DNA of 64,000 nucleotides from an uncultured Nitrososphaeraceae archaeon (GCA_963779615.1 CAVZZA010000004.1:96001-160000); one strand, 5' to 3'. Numbered from the stretch's first letter, positions 31,368 through 41,940 are shown. A program made the numbers and translations. The notes: generated from the sequence alone by a model not told the origin.

Positions 31368-31904
31368 TTGGATATGAAGATTCTAGTGGCTGAAGATGAT
31401 CCTGATATTGCATTGACTTATGAAAAGGCATTGGAAAGAAAAAACTACAGGACTACAATCACATCGAATGGCGAAGATTGTCTTAAAATATATAATGATG
31501 AAATGCACAAGAGAACTTTAAACCCTGTTTCTAATCATACCTATTATTCTTCTTTATCGAATGACCCGCCTTTTGATATCGTACTTTTAGATTACCTTAT
31601 GCCGCAGATTAACGGGTTAGATGTGGCAAAAGAAATACTCTCCATCAATCCTCATCAGAGAATAATATTTGCCTCTGCCTATGTTAAAGAGACCCTGGAA
31701 GAATCAGTAAAATGTTTAAATAAAATTGTAGAATTGATTCAAAAGCCATTTACCATTGATAAGTTAATAAGTACAATGGAAGATAAAGAGATATTCGCTG
31801 AACTTCAGGAACTTAATGTGGATATAGACATGGTAAAGGCTGTCAACCCAACACATGAACAAATAATGGATTTATTAGAAAAAGTTAGACCACACAATAA
31901 ATAG
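31368..31904 (+). CDS. Response regulator (receiver with C-terminal extension)
   Basis: ILVAEDD, LLDYLMP, FASAY and QKPF motifs. Confidence 0.92.
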   Translation: MDMKILVAEDDPDIALTYEKALERKNYRTTITSNGEDCLKIYNDEMHKRTLNPVSNHTYYSSLSNDPPFDIVLLDYLMPQINGLDVAKEILSINPHQRIIFASAYVKETLEESVKCLNKIVELIQKPFTIDKLISTMEDKEIFAELQELNVDIDMVKAVNPTHEQIMDLLEKVRPHNK

Positions 31905-32494
31905 GAACCTTTTGAATTATATTTACTTTCTAAATTAATTACATTAAGGGGCGAAAGCCGTTTATTACTAATTATTCAATCATTGTAAAAGGTTTTTTGT
32001 AATCTGAATTCTTTGCAAAAAACCAATATAAAATTTCACCAAAGCATTGTTTTTTGACCAAATTGATTACGCAACTACAATTCTAACAATATCATCAACA
32101 TATGAATGGATTGCCTTTGATTTGGAATGTTAAGCGGAACATATAACAAAAATACCTTACCAGTGTAACCGCGACCAATATCAAATATGTTGGCGCCTGT
32201 TTTTAGAAATGGCATGCAAAAATCTCTTGCGTAACGGTATCCATTCATAACATGGCCAAACTTTTTCAATTAATTATTTTTTTGTAAATCATTCAAAACT
32301 TGGTTTAGTGTTGATAAGTAATCTTTCAAAGTTTTTTAACAGGTCTATTCATGCGACAAGTTCCCAAAAGGAGAGTCATGGGTAAAACCATAAAAAAAGG
32401 AAACTTGGTAACATTCCTGTTAAGAAGAATTTTGTATTGGTGTAACCTGTAGCTTTAATAAACTGATTGGACTAAACATTAATGAAAAAGATAT

Positions 32495-33343
32495 ATGGAC
32501 AGACAAGAAAATGCTAAAAGAAAAGATGATAAAGATGACGCTGATAACAGTAATGCTGAACCCAAGGTTTTGGAGCAAGGGGATATATACTTCTTTTACA
32601 GGCCTAAAAAAAATTCCCAAGAAGTAAAAGACATAGATGACATAAGGCGCTTTTTTATGGTTACTGCCCCTGAAAACAATTATAGTAATATCAAAGGTGA
32701 AGGTGATAAAAATAAAAATCAATTTTATAGGTTATTTGTTATAGGCAAAAAGTCACTTCCAGAGATTAGAAAGAGCGAGGCTAGATCGTCTGAACGCTAC
32801 TGGGCTAGAGTAGGGGGCATTTTCGAAGATAGGGATGAACTGACAAAAGAGCTTTTTTCTGAAGAATTTAGAAAAGGCGATGCTGCAAGGCCTGCGGGGG
32901 TGGGCAAGTATTTAATAGTAGAGCATCAAAAGCATGCTGAGATTGCGTATATTCTTGGAACACCAGATGAACCTGGAGAAGCCCAAAAGGAATTGGGTAT
33001 AGAAAAGGAAGCAAGATATATAATTTCAGTCATAAACCCTAGCAGTCCAACGCCATCTGGTTATCCCAGTGCAGAAGAGTCGCCAAAATATCCTGCTAAG
33101 GTATTAAAGAAATTTAATGATAATGAGAATTTTGTATCTTTATCTAACGATACTGAACTAATAAACTATTTAAATGCCCAAATTGTCCTTATAGGGGCCG
33201 GGGAAGGAAAAGATACAATAAACAAAGACTTGGGAATAAACATCGAAGAAAAAAAAGACAAAATTGTCGACATATTAAAAAAACTTAACATTAAAAAGGG
33301 ACAGGTTCCAACGAAACCCCTGACCGAGGGAAAATTAGAATAA
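32495..33343 (+). CDS. Conserved hypothetical protein (GDIYFFYRPK family)
   Basis: 282 aa ORF with GDIYFFYRPK, RLFVIGKKSLP, ARPAGxG and YIISVINP motifs. Confidence 0.85.
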   Translation: MDRQENAKRKDDKDDADNSNAEPKVLEQGDIYFFYRPKKNSQEVKDIDDIRRFFMVTAPENNYSNIKGEGDKNKNQFYRLFVIGKKSLPEIRKSEARSSERYWARVGGIFEDRDELTKELFSEEFRKGDAARPAGVGKYLIVEHQKHAEIAYILGTPDEPGEAQKELGIEKEARYIISVINPSSPTPSGYPSAEESPKYPAKVLKKFNDNENFVSLSNDTELINYLNAQIVLIGAGEGKDTINKDLGINIEEKKDKIVDILKKLNIKKGQVPTKPLTEGKLE

Positions 33344-33750
33344 ATCATCTATTTTCCTGCAATAGGCTAATTCTTCCCCTTCTTTCTAGTCTATAAAATT
33401 TTTTGTACTTAACGGTGAAAATTATTATTCTTCTAATATGTTGTATCCATTAAAGTCAACAAACTGTGTGATGGACCGTCGGTATTGGTTCAAAATTACT
33501 TGATTATCGGTGTTATCCAAGATTTTGTTTTTTTGTATTTGATATTTTTGTTGTTAAAATCCTATAATTACTTTTCAAGAAACACCCTTTTTTATTCCTC
33601 ACTCTTGAGTTTGCAAAATTATGGATCTCGACTAAAAAACGATGGAAATATGGACACCTTCAACACCCAAAAAAGAAGATAAGGTAATAGAATATGAGAA
33701 AGCCACATGATTACCAAATTGTCATCATATTTTAACAATAATGAAAATTG

Positions 33751-35166
33751 CTAAAAATTTTTACTTATGGTTTCAAATAGGTCAGTGCAATTCATAATAT
33801 TTTTACCGTTAAACAAGTTATTATTATTCGTATTCAGTTTTTTACTTGAAATGTACGCAGACAAACCTTCTCCTGTCTCTAAATTAAATGGCCTGCCATG
33901 AGACCCTTTAATTAAACTGGTATCAAAAGGTATGCTTTTTTTTGGGAGATCTATAAAAAGCTCCAAAGGATCATAACCTGGCTTTCTATGAATATCAACA
34001 GTTTTTGTAAAACTGGGAGCTTTTTCATCTTCTTTCCACCAATAGTAACTAAACCATTTATCCCTGCTTGAAATTGCAATAAGATCCCCACTTCGAGAAT
34101 TGTCAATTTTTAAGGCTCTTTTTTCTTTATCATCGCAAATTCCTTCGATACCTTGTACATCTTTTAATACCTCTTTAACATAATTTTTGTCTTCTGGCTT
34201 GTTCACAAATATGTGTGCTACTTGGTGGTCGACCACAGCAAAAGCCTTGCTATATTCAAAGTCAATGTATTCTTTATTTTTAATTGTTCTTGTAGCGAGT
34301 AATCTATTTTCTCTTAGAATCCTATTTATGGGTATCCCTTCATTAACATCATTAAATCCATATTCTGAAAAAAGGATAAACTCGGCATCATCAATCAATC
34401 CTAGTTTTTCAATCTTTTTTAAAATGGAATTAACGATTTCGTCTATTTTTTTTAGATCTTCATTAACCTGATTACTGCTTGGTCCATATTTTTGAGAAGT
34501 ATAATCCAATTGAGGTAAATAAGCAAATAGCAGGTTTGGTGTAATTTTTTCCAACGTATATTCAACAGATTTTGATATCCATTCGGTAGACTTAAAAGAT
34601 GAAAAAGGACCCCAGTAACTATAAAGATCAAACTCACCAATATTTTGGGCCACTTCTTCATAATAATTGGGAGGTCTTGAATAGCACCACATATCCATGG
34701 AGCCATTTTCCAAATGAATCGGACGCGGTGTAATTATAACATCAGAATTTGCAAACATGGTGTTTTGCCAAAACAAAACTGCAGTTTTTATATCACTGTT
34801 TTTTTTCTTTAATGTATCCCATATTCTTTCAGTTTGTACTAATTTGGCTGACTGTTCCCAAAACAAAACTTGGCAGTTTTCCCGATCGTATAACCCATTA
34901 GAAATTATTCCATGCTTAGCAGGATACTCTCCCGACAATACGCTTGCTTGAATGGTTGATGTGACGGAAGGAAATACGGGTTTTAAATAACCATATTCGC
35001 CATTATTTGCAATATTTGAAATAGTTGGAATCAAACCTGAAGAAACGTGAGAAACATCTAACCCAACGATATCCAAGACAACCAAATATTTTGATTTGCT
35101 ATCTGTTTTATTATTCAAATGACTGTTAATATTATTTGTATATTGCTTATTAAGTGATAGATACAA
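33751..35166 (-). CDS. Alkaline phosphatase superfamily nucleotide pyrophosphatase/phosphodiesterase, EboF-like
   Basis: VLDIVGL, FPSVT (nucleophile Thr), HGIISNG, YLPQLDY, SEYG, VDHQVAH, VDIHRKPGYDPLELF and KGSHGR. Confidence 0.88.
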   Translation of the reverse strand: MYLSLNKQYTNNINSHLNNKTDSKSKYLVVLDIVGLDVSHVSSGLIPTISNIANNGEYGYLKPVFPSVTSTIQASVLSGEYPAKHGIISNGLYDRENCQVLFWEQSAKLVQTERIWDTLKKKNSDIKTAVLFWQNTMFANSDVIITPRPIHLENGSMDMWCYSRPPNYYEEVAQNIGEFDLYSYWGPFSSFKSTEWISKSVEYTLEKITPNLLFAYLPQLDYTSQKYGPSSNQVNEDLKKIDEIVNSILKKIEKLGLIDDAEFILFSEYGFNDVNEGIPINRILRENRLLATRTIKNKEYIDFEYSKAFAVVDHQVAHIFVNKPEDKNYVKEVLKDVQGIEGICDDKEKRALKIDNSRSGDLIAISSRDKWFSYYWWKEDEKAPSFTKTVDIHRKPGYDPLELFIDLPKKSIPFDTSLIKGSHGRPFNLETGEGLSAYISSKKLNTNNNNLFNGKNIMNCTDLFETISKNF

Positions 35167-35189
35167 TTGTTAAACGCTGCGAGTTTATG

Positions 35190-35325
35190 CAATATCCTTT
35201 CCTTGCTGTAATAACCTACAAATATTCAAAGGCGTTTCTAAACATGTCAGAGCTTTTGGTTTTTTCCTTTTTAAATGCAAACTAGTCTTCAAAACCTTGT
35301 ATCCTGTTCTTGATGTATTTCTGAG
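35190..35325 (-). mobile_element. Highly degraded IS6 transposase 3' fragment
   Basis: The minus strand reads KYIKNRIQGFED*FAFKK, homologous to HYIKDRTE*FDDYFPFKK in the adjacent plus-strand copy. Confidence 0.6.
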
Positions 35326-35431
35326 CTATTCCACAAATACTTTCCCCTACCGAAAATTGAGGACAGTGACTTTTAATAATTAAAAAAGCATATGATAGCA
35401 GAAGGTATGTTACCTTATAATACAGTATACA

Positions 35432-36103
35432 TGCTCTTTGCACTTAACGATAAGGCTACATCTTGGATATACCTATTTCCATTGTGTTTAGTAGAAACAG
35501 GACACCTTCAGTGCATATTGGCTACGGATTGTGTTTTTATTTTTCAGGTCTGTCTTTAAGAAGAACCTCTCAAATACTGTCCTCGTACTTTATCAAACGA
35601 AACCATGTTTCCATCCGGAACTGGATACAAAAGCACAAACCAAAGAAAATCCTGTCAAAGAAAAAGAAGGTGGAGGACTTTTGTCGTTGACGAGAAATTC
35701 CATAAAATTGATTCAGAGTTGGTATGGCTTTGGGTAGCAATTGAACCCAAGAACAAAGAAATCCTTCAAGTGAGTATATCCATGGAAAGGAATATGTTTG
35801 TGGCCTAGCACTTTCTGTTAGGCATTTTAGAGGAACATGGGAAACACCCTGTTTCGACTGATGGTGGAGTGGAGCATGGTACCCACAAGCATGCAGATTC
35901 CTGAGGGTGAGGCACCATGTCCATTCCCCTCATGAGAAGAGATGCATTGAACTTAAAATGCATTATATAAAGGACAGAACGGAATGATTTGATGATTATT
36001 TTCCTTTCAAAAAGAAGAAATGCAAACTAAAGCACGAAATCAATTGGCTAAACCTTTTCTTAGATTTTCATAACTGGGAAATGAATCTTGAATGAGCAGA
36101 GCC
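35432..36103 (+). mobile_element. Degenerate IS6-family insertion sequence (DDE transposase pseudogene)
   Basis: Fragments YFSGLSLRRTS, RNHVSIRNWIQK, VDE, WLWVAIEP, ERNMFVA, HPVSTDGG and IKDRTE*FDDYF, broken by frameshifts and stops. Imperfect IRs tgctctttgcactta ... tgaatgagcagagcc. Confidence 0.88.
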
Positions 36104-36174
36104 AATATGCAAAAATACATCCGATAACATAAAATTCGAACACTATAAATTCCTACAACAGAGATTAAAAAGAT

Positions 36175-36516
36175 ATGTCATATGTATCTGATGATCGAAA
36201 CTATACTGACCCTTCTCAATCAGGGGTTGATGCAACAACTAAACGGGTAGGGGATACAACAGGCGAACCACCCACAAATGAGGCACCCAACAGAGAAACT
36301 GCATCAAAAATGGCAAATCTACTGGAAGGTTTACAATTTCCCGCAACCAAAGAAGACATAAAAAACCATATAAACAGAAAGTCTCCATCTATGGGAAATA
36401 GAATCAATGATGTTTTTGAATCTGTACAGAACAACCTTGAAGATGGGGTTGCATATGAAAGCGTCTATGCTATTGAACTAGCGGCTAGATTGGTGGAGAA
36501 AAGGGAATGGGAATGA
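36175..36516 (+). CDS. DUF2795-domain protein
   Basis: LEGLQFPATKEDIK...YES motif. Confidence 0.8.
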   Translation: MSYVSDDRNYTDPSQSGVDATTKRVGDTTGEPPTNEAPNRETASKMANLLEGLQFPATKEDIKNHINRKSPSMGNRINDVFESVQNNLEDGVAYESVYAIELAARLVEKREWE

Positions 36517-36801
36517 ATGTGTATCTAAATAATAGAAACACCAATATAATTTATTTATTACCACCAGTTATCGATTAACTAGGCAATACTATTGTAATGC
36601 ATAATTTATGGTGGTGCTTAAATCACAATAATAAGATAAAGACGTTTTACCTGCAATAAAAATATGCTATGAGTTTAAATGCGGAAAAAACATACAAAGT
36701 ATTTACAAATAAACTTGTTATGAGTATTGACTTTGAACGTTTTATCTTTTCTATTCCAGACCGCGTGTAACCTTAAATTCCAAGTACGTTGAGTTTATAT
36801 C

Positions 36802-36860
36802 ACCTTGGAAAAATTGTCCGCTTTGGGAATCAATAAACTAGACATGTTTGGCGAACATGA
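36802..36860 (+). repeat. 59-bp copy of 38109-38167 (5' part of the sugar isomerase gene)
   Basis: 56/59 identical, direct orientation, offset 1307 bp. Confidence 0.9.
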
Positions 36861-37035
36861 ATCTAATTTATCAAATTTAAATTGCCACTAGATACAATAT
36901 TCAAAGCTCACTCAAAACAACTTGTGACCTATATCTTTCGCAAACAAAAATATAAAAACTATAGAAAACAGTTTAAAATTTCAACATGATTGTAAATAGA
37001 AAAAAATATAGATATAGTTATAATACTATCCCATT

Positions 37036-37260
37036 ATGTCTTCTGCGGTACATTCTTTTATTATCGATAAGAATTCTGGAACTATCAAAAAAAAAGATAG
37101 AATAAAAAAATATGTTTATTCTCACTTATTTGTTATAAAATATTTGTGGAGTAATGGAATTGAATTAATGATAGAATATAAAGAAAGTTCTTTACCTCAA
37201 AACATGGACAGAGTAAGAGTTGCTTTTAATATACAAAAGAATCAATTTGTAATGTGGTGA
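37036..37260 (+). CDS. Small hypothetical protein
   Basis: 74 aa ATG-started ORF abutting the Trm112 gene (1 bp gap). Confidence 0.5.
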   Translation: MSSAVHSFIIDKNSGTIKKKDRIKKYVYSHLFVIKYLWSNGIELMIEYKESSLPQNMDRVRVAFNIQKNQFVMW

Positions 37261-37261
37261 T

Positions 37262-37729
37262 GTGAATTATATGATTAGACGAATGCTGGACATTCTTGTA
37301 TGTCCTTTTGATAAAGAATCTAAATTGGAGTTATTTGAGATTGAATCGAGGGTTCCCCAAAAAGATGAGGAGAACCTCAAAAAGGTTTTGGCACAAAAAT
37401 TCACAGATGATGTTCAACAAAACAAAAGTAAACAGAAAAACAATGATATGGAATCTGGTTCTATTCGTAATGAATATGAAGAGAGGGAAAAAAATAAAAT
37501 TGATGCCTATTCAGATGATCCTTTTACAGACGCTGAATATGACATTGTAATTGAGGAAGGAATATTGTTTTGCAATCGTTGTTTTAGATTTTTTCCCATA
37601 GTTGAAGAAATTCCAATTATTTTACCAGATGAGATCCGAGATAAAAATAAGGATCTTGAATTATTAAAGAAATGGAGTAACTCTTTACCTGAAAAAGTCG
37701 TCAAAGAGGCCCTGCCTTGGCATCTTTAA
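37262..37729 (+). CDS. Trm112-family methyltransferase activator (with long insertion)
   Basis: LDILVCP...IEEGILFCxxCxRFFPIVEEIPIILPDE. Confidence 0.9.
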   Translation: MNYMIRRMLDILVCPFDKESKLELFEIESRVPQKDEENLKKVLAQKFTDDVQQNKSKQKNNDMESGSIRNEYEEREKNKIDAYSDDPFTDAEYDIVIEEGILFCNRCFRFFPIVEEIPIILPDEIRDKNKDLELLKKWSNSLPEKVVKEALPWHL

Positions 37730-37783
37730 ATCTGTTTGTACTCGTATGGTGAATGTCGTTTTCCTGCGAATTCCGTTTGATTA

Positions 37784-38014
37784 TTATTCGCTGTATTGAT
37801 CGCCTATAAGATTAAATCTCGTAATTCTTTTTAGTCTAATTGCAAATCTTCTTTTTTTTAAATGATATCCGAATCGTGTTAAATCTAGACCCCATTCTAA
37901 TGGTTTTGTGGTTTCTTTTTTTATTGGATTGCTGTTTTTATCGATATGAACTGTTATAAAATGAAAGGTACAACCCAATTGAAACCATAAATAAAAATTT
38001 TTAGCAATTTTCAT
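37784..38014 (-). CDS. Small hypothetical protein
   Basis: 76 aa ATG-started ORF filling the gap between genes. Confidence 0.4.
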   Translation of the reverse strand: MKIAKNFYLWFQLGCTFHFITVHIDKNSNPIKKETTKPLEWGLDLTRFGYHLKKRRFAIRLKRITRFNLIGDQYSE

Positions 38015-38048
38015 TATTGTTAAAATATGATGACAATTTGGTAATCAT

Positions 38049-38885
38049 GTGGCTTTCTCATATTCTATTACCTTATCTTCTTTTTTAGATGTTGAACGTA
38101 TCTGTATTACCTTGGAAAAATTGTCCGCTTTGGGATTCAATAAACTAGAGATGTTTGGCGAACCTGATGATGTAGATTTGAAATACATTAGTGATATTAT
38201 GCTATCTTTTAATTTTAAAATTATAGGTGTTACTGGAATGTGGGGTAAAATAAGCCCCTTAGGATGGAAACGGAGAATTTTAAGCAATGATTTCTCTTTT
38301 AGAAAATATTCTGAAAATTATTTAATTAAGTGTATTGAAATGTGTGACTACCTTGGAGGAAATGAAATAAATGTTTGTTTATTTTCAGATCCTGTAAATT
38401 CATTTGATACGACTCATCGGTTTATTCCAAAAGACGCCAAAAGAAGTATTCTTTCAAAAAGTTTTCAGATGTTGAAGTATTTATCAAAAAGGTCACATGA
38501 GCACAGAATTAAGTTATTATTGGAGCCTTTGAATCGTTATTCTACACCCTTTTGTTCAAATCTTGAGGATTCATTATTTGTATTGGAAAATTGCGAAAAT
38601 TTAGGGTTGATGTTAGATACGTTTCACATGAACATTGAAGAGGATTCTTTCAAAGACACCATCATAAAATCAAAAGACTTTTTACAACATTTGCATTTTG
38701 CTGATAATAATAGAAAAATGCCTGGATTTGGCCATATAGATTTTGATGGTATTGTTTCATCTTTGAAAAAGATATCATATTCTAATACAATTAGTTACGA
38801 ACCCACTTTTTCAGATGCCAATTACGAAGAGGATTTAATTTTTGGGAAAAATTTTATAGAAACTTTAGAGTCAAAATATAAATAA
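38049..38885 (+). CDS. Sugar phosphate isomerase/epimerase (xylose isomerase-like TIM barrel)
   Basis: LEPLNRY, LDTFHMNIEE, HLHFADNNRKMPGFGHIDF and SYE metal motifs. Confidence 0.92.
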   Translation: MAFSYSITLSSFLDVERICITLEKLSALGFNKLEMFGEPDDVDLKYISDIMLSFNFKIIGVTGMWGKISPLGWKRRILSNDFSFRKYSENYLIKCIEMCDYLGGNEINVCLFSDPVNSFDTTHRFIPKDAKRSILSKSFQMLKYLSKRSHEHRIKLLLEPLNRYSTPFCSNLEDSLFVLENCENLGLMLDTFHMNIEEDSFKDTIIKSKDFLQHLHFADNNRKMPGFGHIDFDGIVSSLKKISYSNTISYEPTFSDANYEEDLIFGKNFIETLESKYK

Positions 38886-39032
38886 AGTTTTATCAATTTA
38901 TTTTACATTTTGTATAAAGTTTGATATTATTTATAATAGTTATATAAGTTAATAATCATTTTTATATCATAAATAAATTTTATTAAAAAATATTTATTAA
39001 TATAGGAGGTTAATTTATTTTGGTTGTTGCGA

Positions 39033-39266
39033 ATGAGTGAAGCTTACTTATTATTGAATGTAAATTTTAAAAAACAAAACGATGTAATCGAAAAAATAAA
39101 TCAAATATCAACCACAGTAAAATCTGTAAAAACAGTCTATGGTATCCATGATATTTTAGTTATTCTGGAATCTGAAGATTTGCAAGAAGTAAAAAACGAT
39201 ATCGATAACAATTTCTATACTATAGAGGGAATTGAAAACATTACAACATTAATTTCGGTGTCTTAA
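39033..39266 (+). CDS. Lrp/AsnC ligand-binding (RAM) domain protein
   Basis: AYLLLN...VKTVYGIHDIL...IEGIENITTLI pattern. Confidence 0.85.
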   Translation: MSEAYLLLNVNFKKQNDVIEKINQISTTVKSVKTVYGIHDILVILESEDLQEVKNDIDNNFYTIEGIENITTLISVS

Positions 39267-39267
39267 T

Positions 39268-40344
39268 TTGGCCGTTGAAGAATACGAGGTAGTGGTAATA
39301 GGAGCTGGCCCGGCTGGACTTTCAGCAGGTATATTTGTAGCAAGACAAAGAACAAAGTGTCTTGTTATTTCAAAAGATCTTGGAGGACAACTGAACCTTA
39401 TCCCCAAATTGGAAAACTATCCCGGTACTATAATGTCAAGTGGACCCCTTCTGGCCAGAACATTGGAGAATCAATATCTGGCCTTTAATGGGGAGATGAT
39501 CTATGATACTGTTGAAAATATTAGTGAATTTGAAAAAGAAAGTGAAGTCGAAAAAGAAATATCATTAACTGCTCACGGAGGTTCGTCAGTAGGGCACTTA
39601 GGAGAAGAGGAAAAAGAAAATAAAAAAGGTATGGGTTTCTTAAAAGTAAAAACTTTACGTTCAGAATACCTTGCCAAAGCTGTTATTATTGCTCCGGGAA
39701 AGGTTCCAAACAATCTTGGAGTAGAAAATGAGATTAGATTTCAAAACAAAGGTGTACATTATTGTACAAAATGCGATGCTCCTTTTTATCAGGGTAGAAC
39801 TACTGCGACTGTTGGAGTTGGAGGATATCTTGTGGAATCGGGAATATTGTTATCTCGTATGGCGTCCAAAGTTTATCTTGTTTACAGGGGAGGTCAGCTT
39901 GGTGGCGATAAAGACCTGATAGAGTCTCTAAAGAAAAAAAACAATGTTGAGCTGATGCCAAATACATCTATAAAATCTATTTCCGGAAATAATGTTTTAC
40001 AACAAATAACTTTGAAAGACAGCTCGGGAGACGAACAAACAATTAACGTGGATGGGTTATTTGTTGAAATGGGTTCGAAAATTAATTTAGATCATGCAAA
40101 ACATCTCGTTAAAATTAATTCAAAAGGGGAAATTGAAGTATCTGAAGGGGGTAAAACTACCCATCCAGCAATATTTGCTGCAGGTGATGCCACAAATATT
40201 CCCTACAAGCAAATTGTTGCTGCTTGTGGGGATGGAGCCGCTGCCGGTATTTCGGCATTCAATTACATTGAAAAATTAAAGGGCAAACCAGGAATCCGTT
40301 CTGATTGGAAGAAAACCATCGGAGATACTATTTTTCATTATTGA
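39268..40344 (+). CDS. trxB: Thioredoxin reductase-family flavoprotein
   Basis: GAGPAGLSA, GGQL, ENYPG, GVHYCTKCD, IFAAGD and KQIVAA motifs. Confidence 0.88.
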   Translation: MAVEEYEVVVIGAGPAGLSAGIFVARQRTKCLVISKDLGGQLNLIPKLENYPGTIMSSGPLLARTLENQYLAFNGEMIYDTVENISEFEKESEVEKEISLTAHGGSSVGHLGEEEKENKKGMGFLKVKTLRSEYLAKAVIIAPGKVPNNLGVENEIRFQNKGVHYCTKCDAPFYQGRTTATVGVGGYLVESGILLSRMASKVYLVYRGGQLGGDKDLIESLKKKNNVELMPNTSIKSISGNNVLQQITLKDSSGDEQTINVDGLFVEMGSKINLDHAKHLVKINSKGEIEVSEGGKTTHPAIFAAGDATNIPYKQIVAACGDGAAAGISAFNYIEKLKGKPGIRSDWKKTIGDTIFHY

Positions 40345-40619
40345 TAACAAAGTTTAGTGTTTTTAAAATTATCATCATTTGAGTATATTGATGCATGATG
40401 ATGCTAATTGTTCAATTAACTTTATAGCATTTTTTCACTGTGGAGTATTTGTTTGCCAAAATCAAACAAATTGGGATCTATATTATCCAAACGAGTCCAT
40501 ATCGACATGATTTATTTGCTATTGAAGAAAAACTATATTAATGAATTTAGAGTGGTAAAGGCTTAAGTTAACAAATACCTGCATACTGTTATTTGTTTTT
40601 TCAATAATGTTGATAAACA

Positions 40620-40865
40620 CTAATTGAAATAATTCTGCTCTTTTTCTTTATAAACCTCTCTGTTTTGTCTGTAAAACTCATTTAGTGATTGTTTATTTTT
40701 ATCATATTCATGCAATATAATAAAAATTGTTAATTTCAAAAATTCATCCATGGTTTCTGAATCAATTGTATTCGATTCATATAATTCTTTAACAATTTTA
40801 TCTAGCTTATTTATATCATTATTATCCAAATAAAATTCAATTTTATTTTTTTCTGTATGATCCAT
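40620..40865 (-). CDS. Hypothetical protein
   Basis: 81 aa ATG-started helical ORF. Confidence 0.5.
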   Translation of the reverse strand: MDHTEKNKIEFYLDNNDINKLDKIVKELYESNTIDSETMDEFLKLTIFIILHEYDKNKQSLNEFYRQNREVYKEKEQNYFN

Positions 40866-41940
40866 ATATTTTATTATGTTGTTATTTGCATCTATATCTT
40901 TTTGTTATTTCTTATAACAAATAATGTTTGGGAACTACAATATTGAGGAACTCTGCAATCATCAAGAAAGTATACGATATTAACAATTGCTTTCTTTTGT
41001 TTTTTTATTATCCATACAAGATGTTTTGATCTTTGGTGGCTTATATAAGACAATAATTTAATGAATAACAATTTTTATCCATTGCCTTCATTATGGCCTA
41101 ATATGGTAAAAAGTTCACACTCCCTTTAATTATAATATAAGTATCCAAACATCAGTGAACATGATTCTACACATCCATTTTAAATGGTTATTTGTAGCCG
41201 TCAGAGTGAACAGTTATTTTCAGAGTACCTAGATCTGTTTTAATGAGTGGCAGGTGAGGGGGCCCCGATTTGCAAAGATGACCTCCTAAGCACCAAATGG
41301 ATTAATGTTTTGCCATTTTGGAAACGCTGATAATGGTAAAAAATTTTAATGACGTACGTTAATCCCTAAATAGGTGTCTATTAAGGGTAATGATCCCAAA
41401 TTTGATATTTATTATTCATTTTTTGGGGTTTACAAGCAAGCCCCATGATTCAGTAATTAATTATATTGAATGGTTTGGCAATAATGGCACCCAGCCGGGA
41501 TGGTTGGTATAATTTTAATGGTAAAAATGTAATATTGTTGATTGGGTATTCAATTACTGTAAAAGGTGACGTATAGGTTCAGGATAATAACGCGATGTCC
41601 CTTAGGGTGTTATAGCCAATCTGAGCCAGGATGAATACTGACCCTAAAGATTGGGAATTGCCTTGAAAAACAAATTCAGTATTATTTGACGATTATACTA
41701 GTATATCGGAGAAATATCAAAAACTAGGCATGGGTAATTAGGTTATGATATGGATATAAAAATGGAAAAAGTCGTCGATGATGATGATGATGATGAGGGT
41801 ATGGTTCTAGTAAAATTCATCTCATTTTTACTAGGTAGTATAAATTTAATCTTCAATTAGAATTATCAATTAAATTAAATTTAATATTTGTTATTAACTC
41901 ATTCTTCAAATGTATTATAAATTATGAAATATATCTTTTG

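Noticed and set aside
32075-32269. Possible SAM-methyltransferase remnant (NIFDIGRGYTG)
   Set aside because: Only one short motif-like match, too weak to call.
38049-38885. Sugar isomerase as the EboE partner of the EboF-like gene
   Set aside because: It has generic epimerase motifs, lies on the opposite strand about 3 kb away, and sits in core-like context.
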